A DNA stretch of 64,000 nucleotides, from the NCBI GenBank assembly GCA_031423615.1, contig JANPFV010000055.1, forward strand, positions 474 through 64,473, written 5' to 3'. A program made the position numbers and the translations under genes. This document shows, piece after piece, positions 55,712 to 63,250 of the stretch (position 1 is its first letter; each line of letters opens with the position of its first letter). This stretch comes from Candidatus Omnitrophota bacterium (GTDB lineage: Bacteria > Omnitrophota > Gorgyraeia > Zapsychrales > JANLHA01). The notes under the pieces are model-generated. The model did not search any database and was not told the origin of the DNA. It saw nothing but the letters and a program-made list of their open reading frames with translations.

Positions 55712-55717
55712 AGATCG

Positions 55718-57505
55718 TCAGGTGCGAAAAAACTGCCGGTCGAGAAAATTTTCCTTAAGCTCGATTACGGTGGGGCGTCCGTGCGGACAGGTGAAAGGGT
55801 CGCGGCATTTGAGCAGTTGTTCTTTTTGAAATTCGGCCTGCGAAGTTTTGAGCGCATCGCCGGCGCGGATTGAAGCGCGGCAAGCCCGACGGGCGAGGGT
55901 TGCATGGTCCGCGCGATTGATATTGCCGCCGGCCAACAGTTCCCGTGTCGCGCGGATAGGATCGCTTAACAAAGCAGGACAACTGTGGATCGCGATCGTG
56001 TTTTTGTCGAATTGTGTCGTCGTCAATCCTAATTTTTCCAAAGTCTCCTTGCTTTCCTCCCACGCCAGCATTTCGGCCATTGAAATTTTTAAAAGATCGG
56101 GTGTCAAAAGATTTTGAACTTCCACCTGACCGCGTTGCATTTGTCGAATCAGGGCTTCAAAAACAATCCGTTCCTGCGCCGCGTGCTGGTCGACGATAAG
56201 AAGCGAACGATCGGCTTCAAAAAGTAAAAATTTATTAATGAACGCGCCCAGATAACGGCTACGGGAGAATTTATTGATGAGGCTTTGGCCGGCATTTTTA
56301 AGATCCAAAAAATTTTCGCCGACCGAATTTCCTTCCTGGGGAAAAGTATATTGATCCGTTAAGGCGGTCTTCTCGGCGATGTTGGGCGGCGGGATTTCGA
56401 TTTCGGAAATGGGCGCAAAGGCAATGTCCGGCGAAGTGTTTCTGGCCAAAGCGCGGCGCAGGGCCTCAGCTTCTGGGGACACGGGTTGTTTTTGCGTTAT
56501 TTCCTTGGGTTGGCCGCTCATCATAAGGGTTCTTTCTACCGTATGGCGCAAAAGGGGCATCAGATGATGTTCATCCTTTATTTTAACTTCACGTTTGGTG
56601 GGATGGATGTTGACGTCTACATGGTTGGCCGGGATGGTTAAGAAAAGAGCGAAGCAGGGATAATGATGGGGCGGCAGGATGAGGCGGTAGACTTCATTCA
56701 TATGAAAACCGATGGATTTGCTTTGCACCGGTCGGCCGTTGATAAAAAGAAATTGCAGATCTCGTCGGGAGCGGCTGATGTTGATGTCGCCGGCAATCAT
56801 GTGCAGGGTAAATTCATGCTCGCTGAAATTTTCTTTGATTTCCAGCAAATGTTTAGAGTCGAGATTTAAAGTTTCTCCGACGCGTTCGATCTGGCGGACC
56901 GTGGGTGCCAGATCAAGAAGTTTGCGTCCTTCATGGGTGATCAAGAAACGGCATTGGGGATAAAAAAGAGTATAAGGTGTAATGATGCCAAGGATTTGAT
57001 TGAGTTCGGTGGCGTTGGTTTTTAAGAATTTCCTGCGGGCGGGAGTGTTGAAAAAAAGTTCCTTGACTTCAATTTCGGTCCCGTTGACCATGGCCGCGGG
57101 TTTAAGCGATATTTTTTGGCCGGCCCGGGTATGGATTTCCCAACCGGATTCTTGCTCCGCGGTTTTGCTGCGTAAAGTAATATCGGAAATCGCCGCAACG
57201 CTGTAAAGCGCTTCACCGCGAAAACCCAGGGAATGAATATTAAAAAGATCGTCGGATGTTCTGATTTTGCTGGTGGAATGGCGCTCGAAAACGATTTCAA
57301 GGTCAAGGGACGCAATGCCTGTTCCATTGTCTTTCAAATGGATGAGGGTTTTACCGGCGTCTTTCAAATGAAGTTCGATTGCGGTTGCATTGGCATCCAG
57401 GCTGTTTTCGATAAGTTCCTTGATGACGGACGCGGGCCGTTCGATGACTTCTCCGGCGGCGATTTTACTTATGACATCAGGGGTCAAAAGGTGCACGCGG
57501 TTCAT
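55718..57505 (-). CDS. mutL: DNA mismatch repair endonuclease MutL
   Basis: IAAGEVIERPASVIKELIENSLDA, GFRGEALYS, DVNIHPTKREV, and endonuclease motifs DQHAAQER and CPHGRP. The ATG at 57505 overlaps the mutS stop (ATGA); 57520 is an alternative start. Confidence 0.97.
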   Translation of the reverse strand: MNRVHLLTPDVISKIAAGEVIERPASVIKELIENSLDANATAIELHLKDAGKTLIHLKDNGTGIASLDLEIVFERHSTSKIRTSDDLFNIHSLGFRGEALYSVAAISDITLRSKTAEQESGWEIHTRAGQKISLKPAAMVNGTEIEVKELFFNTPARRKFLKTNATELNQILGIITPYTLFYPQCRFLITHEGRKLLDLAPTVRQIERVGETLNLDSKHLLEIKENFSEHEFTLHMIAGDINISRSRRDLQFLFINGRPVQSKSIGFHMNEVYRLILPPHHYPCFALFLTIPANHVDVNIHPTKREVKIKDEHHLMPLLRHTVERTLMMSGQPKEITQKQPVSPEAEALRRALARNTSPDIAFAPISEIEIPPPNIAEKTALTDQYTFPQEGNSVGENFLDLKNAGQSLINKFSRSRYLGAFINKFLLFEADRSLLIVDQHAAQERIVFEALIRQMQRGQVEVQNLLTPDLLKISMAEMLAWEESKETLEKLGLTTTQFDKNTIAIHSCPALLSDPIRATRELLAGGNINRADHATLARRACRASIRAGDALKTSQAEFQKEQLLKCRDPFTCPHGRPTVIELKENFLDRQFFRT

Positions 57506-60054
57506 AAAAGTTTTTTCCATTCTTGGATTTTATTCAAAGCTTCCAGCGGGGTCATGGTGTTGAGGTCGAGTGTCTCAATTGTTTTCTTTAGTTTTTCCGC
57601 TACGGAATCGGTGGTTTGGCTAAGAAGGGAAAGCTGGTCGGCGATCTGTGGCTTGGCTGTCCCCCGTTGTTTCAAGTGGCCTTGGGTCTCGAGTTCCCGC
57701 AAAATTGTTTTTGAACGGGCGATGATCTCCTGCGGCACACCGGCTAATTTCGCAACATAAATACCATAACTGTCATCCGTGCTTCCTTCCACGATTTTGT
57801 GCAAAAAAATAATTTCATCTTGCCATTCCTTGACGGCGACATTGTAATTTTTGACGCCCGGGTACTCCTTGGCTAAAGCGGTCAATTCATGAAAATGGGT
57901 GGCGAACAGCGTGCGGCTTTTATGTTTTTGGAAATGTTCGGCTAAGGCCCAAGCTAAACTCAGTCCATCATATGTGCTTGTGCCGCGGCCGATTTCATCG
58001 AGAATGACCAAACTGCGGGGCGTCAGATTATTGAGAATGTCGGCGGTCTCGCTCATTTCCACCATGAAGGTGCTTTGGCCTTTGGTGATATCGTCGTGGG
58101 CACCAATGCGCGTAAAGATTTTGTCCACGACCCCGACATGACAGCTGTTCGCCGGAACATAACTTCCCATTTGGCTTAAAATGACGATCAGAGCGATTTG
58201 ACGGATGTAGGTGGATTTTCCCGCCATATTGGGACCGGTCAAAATGATCAAGTGTTGATCTTTATTATCCAGATAGGTATCGTTAGCGATAAAGTTTTGG
58301 CGGGATGTTTTTTCAACGACCGGATGGCGGCCTTCTTTGATAGAAAGAACATTGTCTTCGCTAATGTCCGGCGCGATATAGCCGGACTCTTGCGAAAGAA
58401 GAACAAGAGAATATAAAGCGTCGAGTGTGGCCACACTTTGGCTAAACGCATGCAGAACGGATGTGTGGTCAAGGACGGTTTTTTTCAATTGTTCAATCAG
58501 TTCGTTTTCTATCTTGCGGATTTTATCCTCGGCGGTAAGGATTTTTTCTTCGTAGGCTTTCAGTTCCTGGGTAATGAACCGTTCGCCGTTGACCAAGGTC
58601 TGCTTGCGGACAAAATCCTGCGGCACCAGATGTGCATTGGCCTTGGTGACTTCAATATAATATCCGAAAATATTATTAAACCCGACCTTAAGGGAATTGA
58701 TTTTACTGCGGCTGATTTCTTTGGCCTGATATTGGCGCAGCCATTCTTGCCCATTCTTCTGAATGTCTTTGAGCTCGTCTAAGTCGGCATTAAAACCGCG
58801 TTTGATCACCTGGCCTTCATTGTTGGCCAAAGGCATGTCAGGATTGATCGCATCATCCAATAGTTTTCGCAAATGCGGAATGTCGGCGATGTTAAAAAGC
58901 GGGTTCTGGGTGGTAAACGGTGCCACCGTTTCTTTGATTTTGGGTAAAAGGGCCAGGCTGTTGCGGATGGAAAGCAAGTCCTTGGCCTGGGTATAGCCGG
59001 AACTCAATTTGGATATGGATTTTTCTAAATCCGGCAAAGGGTGAAGATAAGAGCGAAGGTTTTGCAAATTTTCTCTGCTTTCCCGCAAAAGTGAAACGGC
59101 ATGTTGGCGTTCCATAATGGATTGCACTTTTCGCAAGGGATGACCCAGCCATGATCGCAACTGCCTTTTGCCCATGGCCGTCAACGTATGATTGATGGTC
59201 TTAAAAAATGTTTCGATTTCCAGGCCATAATGGGCCGCGGGTGAAAGATAGACAAATTCCTCGTCGGTATAAAGACTTATGCGGTCGATGTGGCGCAGTG
59301 GCTGGCGGTTCATGATTCTTAAATATTCCAAAAGGGCACTGCTGCTGGCAACCGCCATATCCAAATGGTCGAGTCCGAATCCGGCTAAATTTAAGACGGC
59401 AAAATGTTCGCAAAGATTTTTTATCGCAATATCGGTGTTAAACGACCAGCTTTCCTGGGGACTGAGCGTGAATGTTCTTGTTTTCAAAAGCGGGCTTTTT
59501 AAGATGTCCTTGATTTTATTTTCTTCGCTCAACGGGAAAACACATTCATAAATAGGTAACCGCGCGAGCAGTTCGATGATTTTATGGGGATTTTCAAACT
59601 GATTGGTTTGGATTATGCCGCTGACTGGGTCGGTGAAAGCGATGCCTATGGTATGACCGTTGGGGCTTAAGGCGCAAAGATAGCGGGAATCAGAAGAATG
59701 CTCATCAAGATACGTTCCGGAAGAAATGACCCGGATGACGTCCCGGCGCACAATACCGACGGCAAGGGCCGGATCTTCGACCTGTTCGCAGATCGCGACT
59801 TTGTGTCCTGATTTGATCAAGCGGTTGATGTAATTGTCGGCCGCATGATAGGGGATGCCGCACATGGGCGTTTCATTGACGGTACCGCGGCCGCGGGCGG
59901 TTAAAACCAAATCCAGGATTTTGCAGGCGACGTGGGCGTCTTCATAGAACATTTCATAAAAATCCCCCAGCCGAAAAAAAAGAATGCAGTCGCGGTATTG
60001 CGCTTTGACCTTCTGGTACTGCGCTAGCATGGGGGTAATAGTCTTGGTCGTCAT
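57502..60054 (-). CDS. mutS: DNA mismatch repair protein MutS
   Basis: TPMLAQY, FRLGDFYEMF, Walker A TGPNMAGKST, STFMVEM, DEIGRGT, FATHFHEL, SYGIYVAKLAG. The likely start is MTTKTITP at 60054 (the ORF track extends to 60087). Confidence 0.97.
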   Translation of the reverse strand: MTTKTITPMLAQYQKVKAQYRDCILFFRLGDFYEMFYEDAHVACKILDLVLTARGRGTVNETPMCGIPYHAADNYINRLIKSGHKVAICEQVEDPALAVGIVRRDVIRVISSGTYLDEHSSDSRYLCALSPNGHTIGIAFTDPVSGIIQTNQFENPHKIIELLARLPIYECVFPLSEENKIKDILKSPLLKTRTFTLSPQESWSFNTDIAIKNLCEHFAVLNLAGFGLDHLDMAVASSSALLEYLRIMNRQPLRHIDRISLYTDEEFVYLSPAAHYGLEIETFFKTINHTLTAMGKRQLRSWLGHPLRKVQSIMERQHAVSLLRESRENLQNLRSYLHPLPDLEKSISKLSSGYTQAKDLLSIRNSLALLPKIKETVAPFTTQNPLFNIADIPHLRKLLDDAINPDMPLANNEGQVIKRGFNADLDELKDIQKNGQEWLRQYQAKEISRSKINSLKVGFNNIFGYYIEVTKANAHLVPQDFVRKQTLVNGERFITQELKAYEEKILTAEDKIRKIENELIEQLKKTVLDHTSVLHAFSQSVATLDALYSLVLLSQESGYIAPDISEDNVLSIKEGRHPVVEKTSRQNFIANDTYLDNKDQHLIILTGPNMAGKSTYIRQIALIVILSQMGSYVPANSCHVGVVDKIFTRIGAHDDITKGQSTFMVEMSETADILNNLTPRSLVILDEIGRGTSTYDGLSLAWALAEHFQKHKSRTLFATHFHELTALAKEYPGVKNYNVAVKEWQDEIIFLHKIVEGSTDDSYGIYVAKLAGVPQEIIARSKTILRELETQGHLKQRGTAKPQIADQLSLLSQTTDSVAEKLKKTIETLDLNTMTPLEALNKIQEWKKLL

Positions 60055-60250
60055 AAGGGCTATATATATTAGGGAAGACAAAGTCATTGAAATATGCCTA
60101 TTTATAACATAAACCAGAATTTTTCCAATAGAAAAAATCCTGATAATCCTCGGCCGCTATAAAATGCAGCGTTTTATAAAAATTGAAACAAACCGGAATA
60201 TTTTCAACAAAAAGTCTTCGCTGTCTTTGTATAAATAATTTTAACCTTTG

Positions 60251-60279
60251 TTGCAGTGGCATTTCATCGATGTTATAAT
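60251..60279 (+). promoter_or_regulatory. sigma70-type promoter
   Basis: TTGCAG (60251-56), 17-bp spacer, and an extended -10 TG-T-TATAAT (TATAAT at 60274-79), in the AT-rich divergent intergenic region. Confidence 0.7.
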
Positions 60280-60289
60280 CCAAAACATC

Positions 60290-63190
60290 ATGAATAGAAA
60301 AACACTTTTCCTTCTGGGATCCCTGTCTTTTTTTCTGGTTTGCCCCATCAGCGTTCACGCCAAGGCTGATTTAGCCACCAATTTTTACGTCGAGAGTGGC
60401 AAAAAATCTTTTGAGGAAAAGGATTATGATCTTGCTGTTGAGGAATTTAATAAAGCTCTTCTAGCTGATCCCAGCAATGAAGAAGCTATTATGTATTTGC
60501 GTATCCTCGGCTACGGCCGCAGTGGTCGGCAAGAAAAAATCACGGATCGTGAGCAAGGAGAATCCCCCGAAGCACAAACTAAGTTGCCCGTGGCCCCATC
60601 TTTGGAAGGCCGATCTGGCCAAAGACAACTTTCTAAAGAATCTTCGAGAAGTCAGGCTAACCTCCCTATTCAGAATGCGGAAGCAGAAAATTCGGCGAAG
60701 AATTTAACACCTCGGGACATTGAAGAGCAAATTGCACAAGAAGAAAATGAGGCCTTAAAAGCTGTGCGCGTTGAAGCAAGTGAGAAGGAAAGAGTGGCTT
60801 TAAAGAAAATTCGTGCCCCAAAGGACCGACAGAATATTGAAAATTTAAAAAATACGGAAAGTGATAGAACGGATATCGGAAATAAACCACCAACGAATAA
60901 AATTAAAAAGGACAAAGTTCAGAAAAGGACTGTCAAGAAAAGTAAATCTGAAAAAAGAAAAGTTGTAAAAAAGGCGGCTGCAAAAAATTCGGTTCCAAAG
61001 GATGATTCTCTGCTTCAACCTGAAAATGTTTCAGCGGGGGACGTATCTACGGAAGTTGATGCCTGCAAATTTACTGAATCTTCCCCGGAGGCCTCGTCTA
61101 CCAAATCCTTTCAGCCGGTTTCGTCTGCCCGATTTTCCCCGAAGGCTCCGTCTACCAAATCTGCTCAGCCGGTTTCGTCGGCCAAATCTTCATCGGGGGT
61201 CCCCTCTGCCAAATTTTTGCGATCTGCGAAATCGCAAGAAGCCGCATTAATAAAAAGACTCGATGCGCAGGCGCAAATCGAACGGAATCGTCTTCATCAA
61301 AAGTTTTCCGACGCGGAAGCCCAAAAAATAAAGCAGGTTCACGCAAAATATCAGGCCAAAGGTATTGGGCCGAAAGAAAAAATTGTTTTTAAAGATTTCG
61401 ATGGCGACGGTGTTGTTGAGAAAATTTCCTGGGCGGAGAACCAAGCCATTGAAAAAATCCAGACTCAGACTGCAAAAGAAGAAAAAGCGGCTTTAAAGGT
61501 TTTTGATAAAAAAGCGGATATGAAAGAACGGGCCGCGGTAAGGGACTTTCGCGCCGAGGCGGCCAAAACCCAGAAAGCCAAGAAAATAACAGATCTTTCA
61601 AGCGCCCCGAAAATTTCTAAAAAAACGCAAATTCAATTCAAGGCCGGGGATGTGGTCAGTGAGCAGCAAGTTGAGGAAGCGGTGAAGAATTCTGCGGAAG
61701 AAGAAGTGAAGTCCGATCCCTATGACGCCGATGATATGGTCATTCCCAGTGAGAGTGAAAAGGATTCTGCGCCCGTAAAAAAAGACCGGAAACAGATTTC
61801 TTCTCATGACGTTGCAAAATCTTTAGCCAAAAGAAAGCCTGCTTCTTTTACGCCATCTTCGGAAAAAGTTCCTACCCGGTCTTCAACAAAAACAGCGGGG
61901 CCCGATGATAACTCTGCAATACCGATGATGTCCGATGAAAAAGAAGTGCAAGTCGTAGCCAGTATCCAAGCGGACCTTGCCCAAAAGGAAGAAGAATTAC
62001 ACCAGGAATTTGCCGAAAAGAAAGCTGCGAAATTAAGCCAGCTGACCTCAGTCAGGAATTCTTCAGGGAAAGTTTCGCCCCGGGTCAAGAAAACTAAGTC
62101 TTCGGCATCATCGGAAATCAATTCCGTCATCCCAACGGAAAGCAAAGAACCCCTTTCTTCAGAAAATTTGGAAGCCCTGATGGTTTCCGATCCCGTTGTT
62201 AAAAAAGCCGTTACAGCGGTAAAAACTGAGAATGCGGTTTTAAAAAAGAAATTGACCGAAGTTGTGGAAATGGCTCAACAAGACCAGAAAACGATTAAAG
62301 AGTTGGAAAAGAACACGGAGCAGCAAACTCAAAAAGTTGAAGTCCTCGAGAATGATCTTGATGAGGCCAAAGAATCTTTAGAAACAAAAAAGGAAGCGCT
62401 TCGACGGCAGAGCGAAAAATTAAAAGTCCTGCAAATGCGGATCAGTGCGATGGAGGTGGATGTTCATTCCAAGCAATATGATTTCAAAGATAAACAACTG
62501 GAATATGAAAAGAAATTACAGGCCATTGAAGAAGAATTCGGTAATTATAAAAGTGAAAAGGCCCATAATGAGGAGGAGCTCCAGGAGCAATTGCGGATTT
62601 TAAAAGAAGCCCTTAATAAAAAAATTGCGGAACTGAATGAAGCGCAAGAGAAACTCCTTTTTGCGGAGAACAAACTGAAGAAGAGCGATGCTCAGCATGC
62701 TGTGACGCTCAGGCAATATGAAGATTTAAAGAAGACCATGGCGGATTTAGACGGCCGCTTGACAGATTTGCCGTCGGAAATGAAGACCGATGCCAAGCCT
62801 TTGGTCACCGTCGATCCCAAGAACCTTCCGCCTCCCAAAAATCGCGAAGAATTTATGTACCAGCAATGGATCCAGCGGCATGACAAACTGATTAGCCGCT
62901 TGAAGGAAAAACTGCTTTGGGCGCGAGAGCAGATGGATTATTTGGGCCGTTATGACATCAAACTCAGCGATCAGAAAATGGCGGCTCTCAAAGAACAATT
63001 GGCGGCTGTCAAGAAACAGCTTAATAGCAAGGATATTTCCTCTGGCAAACCTGAGGACTATGCGCTTATGGAAGAGCGGCTTAAAGACTCCCAGGAGCGT
63101 CTCGAAATGGTGGAAAAGATTTTGCGGGAAAAGGATGACCAGGTCAAGGAATTAGAGAAGCAGTTAAACGGTGTGTTGTCGGCTTTTTAA
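60290..63190 (+). CDS. Secreted protein: signal peptide, TPR, charged low-complexity region, long C-terminal coiled coil
   Basis: MNRKTLFLLGSLSFFLVCPISVHA is a Sec signal. FYVESGKKSFEEKDYDLAVEEFNKALLADPSN is a TPR. The C-terminus has E/K/Q heptads. The ATG at 60290 is preferred to the TTG at 60248, which overlaps the promoter. Confidence 0.85.
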   Translation: MNRKTLFLLGSLSFFLVCPISVHAKADLATNFYVESGKKSFEEKDYDLAVEEFNKALLADPSNEEAIMYLRILGYGRSGRQEKITDREQGESPEAQTKLPVAPSLEGRSGQRQLSKESSRSQANLPIQNAEAENSAKNLTPRDIEEQIAQEENEALKAVRVEASEKERVALKKIRAPKDRQNIENLKNTESDRTDIGNKPPTNKIKKDKVQKRTVKKSKSEKRKVVKKAAAKNSVPKDDSLLQPENVSAGDVSTEVDACKFTESSPEASSTKSFQPVSSARFSPKAPSTKSAQPVSSAKSSSGVPSAKFLRSAKSQEAALIKRLDAQAQIERNRLHQKFSDAEAQKIKQVHAKYQAKGIGPKEKIVFKDFDGDGVVEKISWAENQAIEKIQTQTAKEEKAALKVFDKKADMKERAAVRDFRAEAAKTQKAKKITDLSSAPKISKKTQIQFKAGDVVSEQQVEEAVKNSAEEEVKSDPYDADDMVIPSESEKDSAPVKKDRKQISSHDVAKSLAKRKPASFTPSSEKVPTRSSTKTAGPDDNSAIPMMSDEKEVQVVASIQADLAQKEEELHQEFAEKKAAKLSQLTSVRNSSGKVSPRVKKTKSSASSEINSVIPTESKEPLSSENLEALMVSDPVVKKAVTAVKTENAVLKKKLTEVVEMAQQDQKTIKELEKNTEQQTQKVEVLENDLDEAKESLETKKEALRRQSEKLKVLQMRISAMEVDVHSKQYDFKDKQLEYEKKLQAIEEEFGNYKSEKAHNEEELQEQLRILKEALNKKIAELNEAQEKLLFAENKLKKSDAQHAVTLRQYEDLKKTMADLDGRLTDLPSEMKTDAKPLVTVDPKNLPPPKNREEFMYQQWIQRHDKLISRLKEKLLWAREQMDYLGRYDIKLSDQKMAALKEQLAAVKKQLNSKDISSGKPEDYALMEERLKDSQERLEMVEKILREKDDQVKELEKQLNGVLSAF
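61084..61215 (+). repeat. 54-bp (18-aa) imperfect tandem repeat, ~2.5 units
   Basis: PEASSTKSFQPVSSARFS / PKAPSTKSAQPVSSAKSS / SGVPSAKF. GTCTACCAAATC...CAGCCGGTTTCGTC is repeated. Confidence 0.8.
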
Positions 63191-63250
63191 TGGGCCATCC
63201 CGTACGGCTCGGCGTTAAGAATTTTAAGAGTCCGGGACAAGGATATTGGC

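Noticed and set aside
40200-54823. CRISPR array interpretation of the 23-bp palindromes
   Set aside because: Spacing is irregular (~70 bp to 2.4 kb), orientation is mixed, the intervening DNA encodes protein domains, and no cas genes are present.
40200-54823. SRDRPYF as a functional protein motif
   Set aside because: The DNA has no synonymous variation, is palindromic, and also occurs inverted, giving a different peptide. Conservation is at the nucleic-acid level.
40200-54823. Classical integron attC sites
   Set aside because: Too short, no RYYYAAC/GTTRRRY ends, and no integrase in the window. Only a functional analogy is proposed.
55685-55708. CCGCC...GGCGG hairpin as a terminator
   Set aside because: Only a 5-bp stem with a 12-nt loop, no U-tract, and it lies inside the coding end.
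143-55711. NRPS/PKS or repetitive adhesin explanation for the giant ORF
   Set aside because: I saw no adenylation, condensation, ketosynthase or carrier motifs and no long Ig/RTX repeat arrays.
61390-61420. DFDGDG as an EF-hand or FG-GAP calcium-binding domain
   Set aside because: A single isolated motif in a low-complexity region, without supporting context.
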